A stretch of 63,900 nucleotides of DNA, the filler included, from Asterionella formosa (taxonomy: Eukaryota): the NCBI GenBank assembly GCA_002256025.1. It is 12 parts of 12 records of this genome, joined end to end, with 100 filler letters (N's around TTAATTAATTAA, not from the genome) between each part and the next. Parts side by side here need not be neighbours in the genome. Positions count along the whole stretch, not along the records: positions 1 to 24,083 come from NKIB01002310.1; 11 more parts are not named here. One strand, given 5' to 3'. The notes beneath the pieces were generated by a model. That model did no database searches and was not told the origin of the DNA. It saw only the letters and a list, made by a program, of their open reading frames with translations. The position numbers were made by a program, and so were the translations under genes. The first letter of the stretch is position 1; every line of letters begins with the position of its first letter. This document shows, piece by piece, positions 1 through 11,746 of this stretch.

Positions 1-2
1 GC

Positions 3-140
3 TACTGGTGTCAGGCTACTACAGCGATGCGCATGGTTGCAGAAACCAGACCATTTACGCTACATAACGATGTAGGTCAAGATTGGGTTCAGCTTTTCCC
101 TTCTTATTTTGGTCTTCGATTGTGTGGCGATGGAAAGTGA
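3..140 (+). CDS. possible 3' end of a gene running in from the window edge
   Basis: Frame 3 is open from base 3 to TGA at 138-140 (YWCQATTAMRMVAETRPFTLHNDVGQDWVQLFPSYFGLRLCGDGK*). No recognisable motif. Confidence 0.25.
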   Translation, partial: YWCQATTAMRMVAETRPFTLHNDVGQDWVQLFPSYFGLRLCGDGK

Positions 141-967
141 ATGTTGCCTGGTGTGTAAGTACTACAATGATTCACAATGCATACGTCTCCATTGGAACTC
201 TTATTTTTTATTTCATTTCTAAACCAAAACAATTTTTTCTATTTCTCATTTGATGCTACTTATTACATCGCATTTCATACTTTGGTTGCTCCAAACATCA
301 TGTTCAATTTTCATTGATGTTGCATGTTACAATCATTCTCGTGTGTTTTACGCTTGTTGTACCATCTCCATGCATATTACCGTTATTTTGGTTGTCATGC
401 TAAAATCGGCAATTTTATTGCCGAAAAATTGGATGTGCCCCATATTGCCCTTAAATAAAAATTACTTAAGAAATTACTTAGAGACTAAAAATTACTTAGA
501 AGTACCCGAATGGCAAGACGATAGCTGGAGCGGGAATTGCCGGTACATTCTTTCGTCACCCTCTGCACATAACCAGTCAACAACAAGGAGCAACCAACAA
601 ACATCAGCCATATGTACACACGGTATAAAAGGTATACTGTACCAGGTACCAGGTAGACTAGTCGTTCACCATTGTCTACAGGTTTGAGTCCAATCAACAT
701 GATCGATGTTAGCTATCATATGTGTCATATTGCGTACAGAGCGAAACTCAAATTTATCATGAACTGTACTATCGGTACTCCAACATCGAATAATAGAGTT
801 ATGCAGGAAACAAATAATAATACTGTACCAGGTACCAGGTACCTGGTAGTCAGTACATATTATACAAATATATTCAACACTCTAAGGCTTGAACGTTTTG
901 GTTGTAACTTAAGTGGTTTCTCGTGTAGTATCCTTGACCTCTGTCTACGAACCCTCTTCCCGAACGA

Positions 968-1402
968 ATGTCGTGGACCCAAGTGCATGTATCTGGATTT
1001 CCCCAAACAGTGGATCCTACTGATGAAGAATTGGAGCAGACGCTAACGCGAGACTATGATCTGGCGACGTTTAGTTGGGCTGGGGAAGGAACGACAGTAG
1101 TCAAGCGACACGTCAACAACAATAACTGTCGTGGATATTGCTTTCTTTCCTTTCTTACAATATCTGGAGCCACCCTGGCTGTTCAACATATTAATGCTAC
1201 CACTACCAAGACGTTTTTGTTGAAAGCTGAACTGAGTCAACCGAAGAAGCAACCAAAAGAAAAGAAGAAAGAAGATTTCGGTGATACAAGGAATCTTCGA
1301 ATACGACGTCAACGAGGACAGCCAGTTCGAAAGCATCCAGTTTTAGTTAGTTCGGATCAATCGAAATTGGCTAGATCGACGGCACTTCGCAAGAACAGAT
1401 GA
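968..1402 (+). CDS. small RRM-domain RNA-binding protein with basic C-terminus
   Basis: RNP2-like VHVSGF, RNP1-like RGYCFLSF, closing strand LKAELS, then a Lys/Arg-rich tail. Single exon, 144 aa. Confidence 0.75.
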   Translation: MSWTQVHVSGFPQTVDPTDEELEQTLTRDYDLATFSWAGEGTTVVKRHVNNNNCRGYCFLSFLTISGATLAVQHINATTTKTFLLKAELSQPKKQPKEKKKEDFGDTRNLRIRRQRGQPVRKHPVLVSSDQSKLARSTALRKNR

Positions 1403-2099
1403 TGTATCTAGTTGTATCGATTTCTCCAGCTAGGTTTTGATCCTGGCAGTGTACCAGGGTATATATTAAACTAGACGGAGGGGAGTCACAACAATGCACT
1501 TTTTCGATTTGCAAAAGTTGCCATGAATCTGTTATGTGGCGCTTCAGCCATACATGCATCTATTTTTGAACAAATCTTACATCACTCCATATCGTTTCTT
1601 GTGTTGCACTCGACCTACTATGAAATGAATGTCACATTCTTTTCCGTCTCAGCCAACTTTCGTATTCTTCGATTGTGACATGATAGAAGCAACTAAACCA
1701 TCCATGTATGTTGTCTCCCCATTGTTGCATTGATTTGTCCATTTTATTATTCTGATGGCTAATAATCTAAGATGATGTGTGTATAGCCATTTTGTTGAAC
1801 CCACCAGTACTGTCTGATGCAGCATAGCTTGTCATCATTAGAAATTTTGATTCTTCGCTTTGACATGGATTGGTGAACTGTAAAGATCTTGTTTAAAAAG
1901 GAGACGAATGAGATGGATAAAGGAAAATCTACTTGAGGAGAACGAAAGGAGATAAGGATGCAGCTGTCTACAGTTGTGACTGTTCTGGTTTGACATTGAC
2001 CTGTCTGATGTGTTGCATTGGTATATATGTATACATGTATAGTGAGAACTACATAGTCCCCCAAGGAGGGAATTGGTGAAAAGGACCACCTTGTATGCA

Positions 2100-3320
2100 G
2101 TGGTAGAAGGGAAGTGCGCCTGCTCCCAGGATCGCCTCCTTGAACTTTTGGCTTCCTAAGCAATGTATGGTCGATGGTCTTCGACCCTCTGTCAAATGTT
2201 ACTGGGGTTTGATTTTCTGGATGAACTGTTGATAAAAGGTTACTGAGCAAACATTCCTGGACTGAAGCCATTATGCCTCCTTGTGATTTTTTCCAATATC
2301 CTTGTTTGCGTCTAATGTGAGTAGAATTTCTCTGCCCCTGCCCTGGTCATCTCGAATGAACTTTATCATGTCAATAATAAACTGCTTCCTTGGTTTAGGG
2401 TTGATGTTTCCTGTTTTTGGCATAATCATGTTCTCATGGTGATATGTGGGGCGTGCCTTCTCCATGTTGTTGGGGCATTGAGACATGGGAGAGTCTATAC
2501 ACAGTTATTACTAGGAGAGTTCCTGACCATTTACCCTTCAATACCATGTAACTCCACCTGCCCATGCCCAAGGGATCATTTCCTGCATACGGCTCAGCCC
2601 TCCCACACCATGTGCCAGTCAGGGCCATTGCTGTTCCCCCTGGTTTTTACTTTGAGGCCAATGGAATGTTGCTGGAGGAAAACACTCTTTTGTTCATTTG
2701 AAATACCCACAATGCTTTTCCCTGTATTCTGCCTGTGCATCTTGTTGATTCTAGTTAGTGTTCGACTCTGCCTAGCCAAACACACTGGCTCCTATATCAC
2801 GCATTGATTTGAGGTTAAACATGAGAAATGAGTGTGTTCTTTGGAGATGTAACCCCTTGATGTTTTGGAAGTAGACTCGAAAAGTTGTGTCCTTGATGGC
2901 TGTTGGTTCATCGCCGCCTCAGGTGGTTTGAGACTCTGCATCTAGAGTTCTTGTTGTTGTCTGTATTTTTTATTTTACCCTTTGGCTTATTGTACTGCCC
3001 TTGTCAGTGTGCCTTGTAGAGTTTCGGATTTTTGGTTCTTCTTGGGTAGATCTGATTTTTGGTGTGAAATGCTTCTTTATCTTTTGTGCTATGTTGTCGA
3101 GCTTGCCGATTTGTGAACTATCGGGTGTGATGAGTGAACCTGCCTGATTTTGCTTTTTCTGTGGTTTGGTTGGCCTCTTGCTCCAGTTCTGTGAACCGGA
3201 AATTTGTGTTTTTGAAACAATCATTTCTTCTTACTGGTGTTGTTGTTGTCCTCAGACCCACTGGATTTCTTTCGCATGTGTCTTAGAGATGCCTGGGTTC
3301 TTTTTGCATGTCGTCTTGTT
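2100..3320 (-). mobile_element. degenerate non-LTR retrotransposon (LINE) fragment, apurinic endonuclease region
   Basis: Frameshifted minus-strand peptides in APE order: FRVYFQNIKG, DPLGMGRWSYMVLKGK..LLVITVYR, NPKPRKQFIIDM..EILLTLDANKDI, TFDRGSKTIDH. Many stops; boundaries approximate. Confidence 0.75.
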
Positions 3321-4766
3321 GGGTAACTAATAGTTGACTAGAAATTTCGCATCGTGTGAAAAGTCAGTAATTCCCCTGACTAACTCATTGGGCATTTTCG
3401 GACACTTTTGAGCAACAAAGTTAATGGATCGTATACCTCATAGAGACTGTATGCCGAATTGGATAAGGAACAGACTGGTTATTGCAACCGTGGATGCAAC
3501 CTCTCAAAGCTTCCCAAAAATTGGAAATTTGATTGCTCATAAAATTGGAAAACTTCAGCAAATGTGTATGCTCGTGAAAGGAAAAGATTTTCATTGACCG
3601 GTTTGCCATCATTGTCTTAAAATGTTCTTTAAAATCATAAAGAAATTGAATTCCACATGCATTTACCACCCTATCAGAGGTAGGTTTCTACATGTCCCCA
3701 TCAAAATGGCTTGATGTTGAGAAAAATTCCAGGTCAAGGACAAAATTTCAGCAGAGACTGTCTGAATGGTTGAACTGAAATCATTTGCAAATATATTGCT
3801 TATTCATGAGCTTCACACTTTTTGAAAGATTTTTCACAAAATCAAAAATCTGGTCAGTCAACTAACATTGTGTATTTGATTCTTGATTTTCCAGCATTAT
3901 TTCAGATTATGATCAAGCTCCAAACTTAGCTAGTTGACCCAATTTGGGACCACAACCTCTTTGGACACTTTCACTTCCAATATTTCTTAGGTGAATATGA
4001 ACCCCATCCTTTGGGTAATGAATGGAATGAAGATTTTGTTGCTAAAGAGCAACATGACCAACAAAGCTCACCCATTAGGATGCTCAAGTCCCAGTCTCTG
4101 CTCTCTTATTGCCACCTAAGCCTGTTGCCACTTTACCCGGATCTCTGCTGACCTATGGTACAATATGTCTTTAGCTAGACCTTCATAAATAGATGGTATA
4201 AGTCCTATGTCTATACATTTTCATAGGCTCTTTTACAGAGATTACCAGTTTACTGATTATTACTCTTATCATAGAGACTTATTCAATATATACGGCTTCG
4301 TAAATGTCACCTGAGAAATGCATGTTCCCATCCATGTTCACATGACTAGCTCGTAATTCATAACACATATATATGTACACGACATAGAGCATGACTACAT
4401 ACCGGTATGTAACAACTATGTAGTGGTAGAACGTATGTTCACTATTCACTGTACCAGGTACCAAGTACTCCCTCTGTCTAGTAACAGTTGCATCGATTCG
4501 CCGGCACCACCAGTGTCTTTACTGTTCGCATTTGAAGGATTATGTAGCCAACATAACAAATTTCTAAGTGAGGGTCGGCTTACTCGAAAAAATGCGTTTT
4601 TTATGAGTTACATAGACATGACCATATACTCTGTTTTTGTAATTAAGTATTTAGCATCTAAATAAGTTAATCGAAACCAATTTAACATGTATTTATACAT
4701 TGGGTACATGTATATAGATATCAAGCAATGCTAATGCGTTAATTTTGCATTATCATTTTTGTCGAA

Positions 4767-5180
4767 ATGGATGTTGACATCGCCGATGCACCCATTCCTG
4801 ATGGTCGGATCCTTGGCTTGATGGCCAGAAACAATGGTCGCAGTTGCGCCCATCATCTCTGTTGCGGATCAACAGTAAAGGTTGGCTCTGTGGTTTTCTT
4901 CTCTTTCTGTATTGCGTTGGATGAGATCCTCCAAGAACTCGAGGACGCTATCAAGGTGACCATGGACTGTGATCTCCATCCAGAAGGTCAAAGGTGCAGA
5001 GTTGGGTATCTTGCAAGGAGGATCGCGCATAACAAAGTCGAGGCAGCGCAGTATGTTAATCGTACTGCTGTAGTTATTGAACTACTACAAGATTCTAAGG
5101 AGCAAACAAAACGAAGAATGAATATGCAAGGTTATGGCGTTGCTCTTTTTACGTTTCTTGACATTAGGGTCAAAAATTGA
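4767..5180 (+). CDS. intact 137-aa HIRAN-like protein with an N-terminal Cys/His cluster, inside the mariner element
   Basis: GRSCAHHLCCG, then EDAIKVTM..CRVGYLARRIA, resembling the HIRAN D-x-x-AI-x-V...VGY-[LV]-P-R core. Clean ATG-to-TGA ORF. Confidence 0.55.
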   Translation: MDVDIADAPIPDGRILGLMARNNGRSCAHHLCCGSTVKVGSVVFFSFCIALDEILQELEDAIKVTMDCDLHPEGQRCRVGYLARRIAHNKVEAAQYVNRTAVVIELLQDSKEQTKRRMNMQGYGVALFTFLDIRVKN

Positions 5181-5429
5181 AGAATCCATTAAGGAGGAAA
5201 TTCATAATCCTACTGCTGTGCAGTTAGAATAAAATCCAACTATAGTTATCCAACTCGTAAAAGAAACTATAAGTTAAATACATATAGAACCATTAACAAC
5301 AACCAGTGCTAGTATATATATAAGGGGGAACGTCTTTTGATCAAATGCAGCTGTGCAAAATGGCGCCGGAGACGAAAAACCCCTTATCATTACACCCTAC
5401 TGTTAAAAAAGAACATCCAGAAATGTGCT

Positions 5430-5910
5430 GGCCTACTCAATTGCTCCTTCCCCAGCTGCTAACATATCAGGTAAAATTCCCGCCCGTTACAGAGCCGCCT
5501 TCCCAATGTGAGGTATATTATAATTGTTGTCGCCATTAACCAAAATAATCTCTTCCAAGCAACCATGTAATGTTAAGAAAGAACAATTTAATTTGGTTGG
5601 TTAAAAAAAACGAATGCTGCCTGCACTGCCTCTATCAAACCGTCGACGTCGTTGTGGGCTTCTTTCATGGAGTCCCATTGACCTGACTGTAATGCCCTAA
5701 AAAGGATAGATCGTTGATATTCAAATCCAGACTGTTTGCTGGTTGCTTAGTCAATCGAATATCCCATTCTTCATCTGTTGCAGCTGCTACAAAGGGAGCA
5801 AAATCGGAACCAAAATGTGTTGAAGCATTGTTGTGCTGTAGATATATTCGTTTGTTTCCATCAGGCCACTTCGCTTTTATCATAGGTAAAACATTATCAA
5901 CAATCATGTC
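5430..5910 (-). pseudogene. DD39D-type mariner transposase, C-terminal fragment
   Basis: VLPMIKAKWP..IYLQHNNASTH..LTKQPANSLDLNINDLS, then across frameshifts FRALQS..DGLIEAVQAAF..FLTLHGCLEEII..GDNNYNIPHIGK..L*RAGILP. Confidence 0.85.
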
Positions 5911-6483
5911 AGCATATAGTAGTGGCAACATCATGACAATGATGATATGCCTATTGTTAACAGATAAATCACGAATTATAAACCAATTGTTGTTTTGAGC
6001 TTCTGATATTATAGAATATGTCTACATGATGTACGACGGTTATGTACAAAATAGTACTCGTGTTTTGATTTGGCAAGAAATCATGGAGATATTGTTGTTG
6101 CGGTCGAGCACCATTTTGCTTCCGCCGATTTTCCATTTTAGCTATTTCGCAATGAATATCAAAGCTACGTGTTCGTTTCTTTCACTACTTGCTAGCAACA
6201 CGTGTATCCAATCTAAGCAACTAATAAAAGTGTTATGCAGTTGTACAAAATCGAAAATTAATAATCATTTTATCATGGTTTGTAATCATGGTAATTGGAA
6301 TTTTCTAATGTTCGATTCATGAGCGATTGTATCATAATTACCGGTATACTGAATGTAGGCAGAGAGCATATACAGGTATACTATATAGGTATTCACTTTT
6401 TATTCATCATCAGACATCAGCCGCCATCATTATGCATCAGTTCAGTTCTACCGGACAAAGTACCAGGATTCTGTGTACCTCCA

Positions 6484-6615
6484 CCGGACAATCGTCCGGT
6501 ATTTGAGAAAATGATCGAACTGTTGTTCATCAAGACGAACACGGTGAAGCTAGTGATTTTCGGTTGAAGTATAGTGAAGACCACCTTCACGGCGTTATAC
6601 TGGACGATTGTCCGG
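6484..6615. mobile_element. short MITE-like element (132 bp)
   Basis: CCGGACAATCGTCCGGTAT at 6484 is the inverse of ATACTGGACGATTGTCCGG ending at 6615 (1 mismatch). Flanks are CA and TA. Confidence 0.55.
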
Positions 6616-7099
6616 TAAATATCTAGTACTAGCTAGCTTGCAGTAGCTCTCCTACTGAAGGCTAATTTTTTTAAATGGAATCCTGATTGAGTGAAAATGT
6701 GCCTTTTTGGTCAGTACAAGTGTGATACATACGTGGCTGCAACTATAATTTAGAATTGCACCACCCAACATCACTTTAACGTATAACAATGCCATTTCTG
6801 TGACTACAAGTATGGGTACATAATAATTATCGTAATAACTACTATAATTTTTGCGTGCACATTCATTATCACATTTATTGCTCATTTGCACATTCTTGGT
6901 CGCATCCTCTTCCCTTCCTGCTCACCATCATGATGCCAGATGTCCCTCTTCATCCTCATGGCATTCCTTTAAAGGAATTCAATGAGCAAATGATGATGGA
7001 CAAGGGTACATGCTGGGCATACATTTCTGTCAGTTCGGTCTCTTTTTGCTGGTGTCTTGAACATAAACCAGGATGGCTTACAGCATATGCCCAGAACAA

Positions 7100-8420
7100 A
7101 GGGTGATTCTTCCCGAGATGGAGGCAGCAGGCATAGGTACAAGGGAAGAAAAAAATCGAGTTAGAAATGGGTTTAGTTGAATTGATTCAGCATGCTGCAG
7201 AGGAAGCCATCATGATGCTCTCTACAATCACTCCAGCAGGGCGGGTATATGGTAATCTCTAGAGCCTTTGCCATTCTTGGACACAAGATTGGCTGTCCAA
7301 GAGCTGCTATGTTAATAAGTGATCAGATCTATTCAACTTATTCATGCTACATAATGACACAGGCTTCACATTTGATTTTGAGCAGGAACTTAGCAACCTT
7401 TTGCATGGTTTTTATCAGATTATTGGAGTAGAGAATCATTATGGGTTAGGAGAGATTTGTAAGGGTAAGGACCCCATGAACAATCAACATATCAACTCCT
7501 TTGTACTTGGTTCATTGAGTCAAAAGTCTATCCAATAATCGCACTTGTGCCTGGCGCTTAAATAGTGACAATTAGTACCAGTTTTATTCATCCGTATGGT
7601 ACTACAACAGTACCTGTCTCTTTGTCAGCCTCACCCCCAGAACCCTAGGGACTACATAAAAGAAAAACAGGTGGAGAATGCAGGAATCAAACCCGCTACC
7701 TCATGAGGTGTGCTAACCAATTAAGCCATTCCCCTACTTGGTTCATTGAGTTAGGAACTGGTGATGGCATTTGGGGTAACCTATTCCTGGCCTTTATTTG
7801 GAATTTGATTTGCAGGGCCAATAACAACACAAGCCAAATCTGCTTGTCACATATGGAGTGGACTGATGATGCTCTGCATAAATACTTTGCAAACACTAGT
7901 AAGACAGATCAGAAAGGGACTCAATCAAAATATTCCAGACATATTTATGCAAATCCAATTGAGTGGGTGCGTAGTGTATCCTATATTTTATCTTGGTGTA
8001 TACTAAGGAATATTTAATAATGTTGCTAAAGGAAATAGTTGCTTATTCCCTGGTCACAATCAATTTAAGAGATTTTCATCTATTTTAAAGCAGAAGCCAA
8101 GAAAAGACAGCTATTTGAATAAGGTATTGAATCAAACAACATCAGCATGCACAGTATAAGGAAGGGGGCTGCTACTTATATTAGTGCCTGCCCAGGGGGA
8201 ACTTCATCAGGTTCTATCAGTGTAAATGGTGCTGGGTGGTCAATGGCTGGGCATTGTCAAGGACATTGATGTCCAGTCCGTGGTATGAGCATTTGTGGGG
8301 AGTCCTTATGTGGTCTAGTACCCATGTTACTTCCATGATTCTCTTCCTCTCCCCCTATGTTTTTAAAATCTGAAACCTATGGTAATAAAACCAAAGCTGC
8401 AGTGTTTCCAACAATGATGC
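7100..8420 (+). mobile_element. degenerate Crypton (tyrosine recombinase) transposon relic
   Basis: Motifs in order across frameshifts: GKDP, WNLICRANN..ICLSHMEWTDDAL..KTDQKG..RHIYANP, LFPGHNQFKRF, HSIRKGAATY..GG..GWSM (YR R...HxxR...W motifs). Boundaries approximate. Confidence 0.8.
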
Positions 8421-8546
8421 TCCTATGTATGTAGTAGACTACCAGTTGATGTACTACCTGGTACCCAGTATATCAGCGTGTGGATGCAGGAGGTACCTGG
8501 TAGCAGGTACCTCCTGGTAAAGTATTTGCACAGGGCGGTATTTGTT

Positions 8547-8688
8547 GTAGTCACGTGATCATTTTCGTACTCTATCGCCTATTACATGCTAGAGAGATAG
8601 TAACAGCCAAAGCAAAAGCATCATTTTCACAGCTATACATCTAGATGTATGTCGTAGTCACGTGATCATTTTCGTATTCTATCGCCTA
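8547..8688 (+). repeat. 35-bp direct repeat pair containing CACGTG
   Basis: GTAGTCACGTGATCATTTTCGTA(C/T)TCTATCGCCTA at 8547 and 8654. Confidence 0.7.
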
Positions 8689-9419
8689 GTACTTCGTGGT
8701 GAGTTGCCCCTGGTATACACCTGGTACCAGGTACCAGGTTACAGGTAATGTACCATATCACCATGCTCCTTGAACATAATATATATTTGTACCGGTATAT
8801 GATAGAAATAAAAAATGATAAATATTATTTATGATGTCGTTCTGTTGATTTCGACATCAAGTATGGCATACGAACGGATTCTGGATTCCGTCCTGTGGTA
8901 CTCTCGTGTGTGGAATATTGTATGTAGCCTATTCATATCTGACCTACGTAAATGTCGAAGTGTCCGGTAAAACTGAAATGCAACTCATCACATCGTATGA
9001 ACAGACTCGGAGGCCTACTGAAGTTAGCGAATTAACAATACCGGTAGTTGAAAAAAGTAACCTGGCTGTTACATCCAATAATGTCAAAATGCCTTTCCTG
9101 ACAAGGCATTATATCCCATATAATCCGAATCCTATCCGTAATGACAAGTGCTCCATGTGCGTGCATTATTGGGATTCCCGAAGAATCACAAAAGACCTCG
9201 ATATTATCAAATCCAGTAAAATGGAATTACTGAAAAAACCAGAACCTAGCATTTTGTCCAACAACATCAATTAAGGAATAATGACATTATTGGACCCCAA
9301 TAGACTTTAATTAAGTAATAGTTGTAGAGTGAGACATTTCCTATCCCAAATGAATTTTTTTGAGAGAATTCAAGGATAATTTAAATTATATGGGGAGAAT
9401 TAATACATCTTTACCTTAA

Positions 9420-9618
9420 GGCCGTTGCTAACGGTGGACCAAAACGCAAACCAAACAGTGTTTTGGTTTCGGTAACCCTAAAAAACGATGCTAACGGGAG
9501 TGAAAAACCCAACGCAAACGCATTACGTTTAGGGGATTCCGTGCCCATATCCCAATAAGTTACCCAAACGCATTACGTTTAGGTTTTTTTTCCCAAAGTT
9601 ACCTAAACGTAGGATTCC
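9420..9618 (+). repeat. putative left terminus and subterminal repeats of the Harbinger element
   Basis: TAA|GGCCGTTGCTAACGGTGG at 9420. TGCTAACGG recurs at ~9489. AAACGCATTACGTTTAGG occurs twice (~9516, ~9566). AAGTTACC(C/T)AAACG occurs twice. Confidence 0.55.
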
Positions 9619-9818
9619 ATATTGACTACTTTGAATGTAGTCACTAGATACCCAATTATTATCATAGTAGAATCAGTACATATAGAACGCATCATTTACC
9701 AGTATATCATACATAGATACAACAATAGCTATACGGTACTCTGGTACCAGGTACCAGTGGACCACACTGTTGAGAACAACAACAACAACAAATAATCTCG
9801 GATTTTGCCACAATCAAC

Positions 9819-11471
9819 ATGTCATCAAACCCAAATTTCACCGACATGGCACACATGGATTCATGTGACCATCGCCCACATAACATTGTACAACGTCTAG
9901 ATGCTAATGGTGAGGTAGAACCAGAGAAATACTTCCAGTATCTTCAGTTTTTGTCTGATTTCGGAAGAACTCTACTCGTGCCCACTCCAGAAATACAAAG
10001 TCTTAACAATGTGCCTCTACCACCAAGAGTTAGAGTGAGAGGAAATAACAAGGTCTGTGAATGCATCAATGACAAAGGGATAAATCAAATGATAACTCCT
10101 GTGATGTCAAACTGGTATATACTATACATTTCCAGACCAGCAGTTGAATCATTGTCATTTCAAAAGAAATTCCGCCGCAGATTTCGACTACCACACAACC
10201 AGTTCCTCCAATTTGTTTTTGATGCTAGAGATTCAAATTGGTTTCCTCGCTGGACTCAACCTGATGCAACAGGAAGGGCATCATCACCCCTTGAACTTAT
10301 GGTTTTAGGAGCATTCAGGTACCTAGGGAGAGGATGGACTTTTGATGACATTGAGGAGAATACTGGTATCAGTCAAGAGACCCACAGGCAATTCTTCCAC
10401 GCCTTTATTGAAGTTGGAAGTACCATCCTTTACAAAAAATATGTTAGAACTCCAACAAACCCATTGGAAGCAGAGCATCACATGTTTGAAATGACACAGG
10501 CAGGTTTCCCTGGATGTCTTGGGTCCACAGATGCTACACATGTGTCAATAGAGCGATGCTTCAATCAGCTTCGGAACCAGCATATATCATCCAAACTTCC
10601 TTGTACAGCCAGGACTTATAATGCTACTGTGAATCATTGCCGGAGGATCCTGTCTAGTACCACGGGGCATCCTTGTCAATGGAATGATAAAACATTAATC
10701 AACTTTGATACTTTTGCTCGAGGCATCCAGAATGGTGCAGATGCCTTAAAAGATGTGGAGTTTGAGCTTAAAGAAAAAGATCTGAATGGAGCAGTTGTAT
10801 CCATAAAGTATAGTGGATGCTTTTTGATAGTTGACAATGGATATCTAAAATGGTCTACAACAGTGCCTCCAACCAAAAACCCAGAAACGGAACAAGAACT
10901 TAGATGGTCTGAATGGCTGGAGTCCCTTAGAAAAGATGTGGAATGTACCTTTGGAATACTAAAGGAACGCTGGCGGATTTTAAAATCAGGCATCCGAATA
11001 CATGGAGTAACAGAACCTGACAAAGTCTGGCTAACATGTTGTGCATTTCATAACATGTTACTTGATATTGATGGTTTAGACCTGCAATGGCAAAATGGTG
11101 TTTTAAGTGACTGGGAAGGACCATTAGGCCAATTAAATGGAGCTGAAGCACCTTATGCTATTCAAAGGCTAAATGCAGTTGCAAGACCGGCAGTACTTGG
11201 ATTAGGCAGTTTGCGAACAATTGATACCTCTGGAATTGGTCCTGGTAATGATGGTGATGGACAAATTCCTGATGCAATTCGCAATTTAGTGCCAGATCCA
11301 AATGACAACTTCAAAATTGAATTGAGAACAAAGAATGTTGAAACAGTTCGAGTGGTCTGCCATTTAAGTTTACAGTTCTTCAAGAGTAAACTCATTGAAC
11401 ATTTTGACATTTTATGGAAACAAAACAAGATTGTTTGGCCATCACGTCGTAATGTAAATGATCATCCCTAA
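9819..11471 (+). CDS. PIF/Harbinger-superfamily DDE transposase, intact 550 aa
   Basis: FRRRFRLP, HTH region (LGAFRYLGRGWTFDDIEE), catalytic GCLGSTDATH, LIVDNGY, ESLRKDVECTFGILKERWRIL, CCAFHNMLL. Confidence 0.92.
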   Translation: MSSNPNFTDMAHMDSCDHRPHNIVQRLDANGEVEPEKYFQYLQFLSDFGRTLLVPTPEIQSLNNVPLPPRVRVRGNNKVCECINDKGINQMITPVMSNWYILYISRPAVESLSFQKKFRRRFRLPHNQFLQFVFDARDSNWFPRWTQPDATGRASSPLELMVLGAFRYLGRGWTFDDIEENTGISQETHRQFFHAFIEVGSTILYKKYVRTPTNPLEAEHHMFEMTQAGFPGCLGSTDATHVSIERCFNQLRNQHISSKLPCTARTYNATVNHCRRILSSTTGHPCQWNDKTLINFDTFARGIQNGADALKDVEFELKEKDLNGAVVSIKYSGCFLIVDNGYLKWSTTVPPTKNPETEQELRWSEWLESLRKDVECTFGILKERWRILKSGIRIHGVTEPDKVWLTCCAFHNMLLDIDGLDLQWQNGVLSDWEGPLGQLNGAEAPYAIQRLNAVARPAVLGLGSLRTIDTSGIGPGNDGDGQIPDAIRNLVPDPNDNFKIELRTKNVETVRVVCHLSLQFFKSKLIEHFDILWKQNKIVWPSRRNVNDHP

Positions 11472-11746
11472 ACCACAAAATTATCTATTTAGAAACTAAA
11501 AGAAAATTAGTATGAGCATGAACTAAATTAGATTACTGGGCACCAACATCTGTGAATAAAATTTCCGCATTCGCGACATCCCCTTGTTTCAATAACCGGT
11601 CGGAACATGATGTGGCTACTGTGAAACTATACCTATTACTACGTTAGTACTGTGAGACTGTTAGTGAGCAATGCATGTTAGTGATATTGTCAAGTAGTAG
11701 GAAATAACAAACATTGTAGGTATAAACAATGAAGCCAAGAACTTAC

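Larger units (their letters stand above)
4468..5934. mobile_element. truncated Tc1/mariner element of the DD39D (plant mariner/Stowaway-like) type with a cargo ORF
   Basis: Begins TA|CTCCCTCTGTC, a Stowaway/DD39D-like terminus. The first ~170 bp recur at 19241. A transposase C-terminus lies on the minus strand. No right TIR found. Confidence 0.7.

Noticed and set aside
250..1046. ORFs 250-687 and 672-1046, and the many short antisense ORFs over real genes
   Set aside because: Composition is non-coding (including VPGT peptides from GTACCAG tracts), or they shadow better-supported CDSs.
8906..9274. 122-aa ORF upstream of the Harbinger terminus
   Set aside because: Non-ATG start and no recognisable motif.
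11528..11625. Cys-rich peptide CRECGNFIHRCWC as the terminal exon of the YR gene
   Set aside because: I could not establish an in-frame splice acceptor linking it, and it has no YR catalytic motifs.
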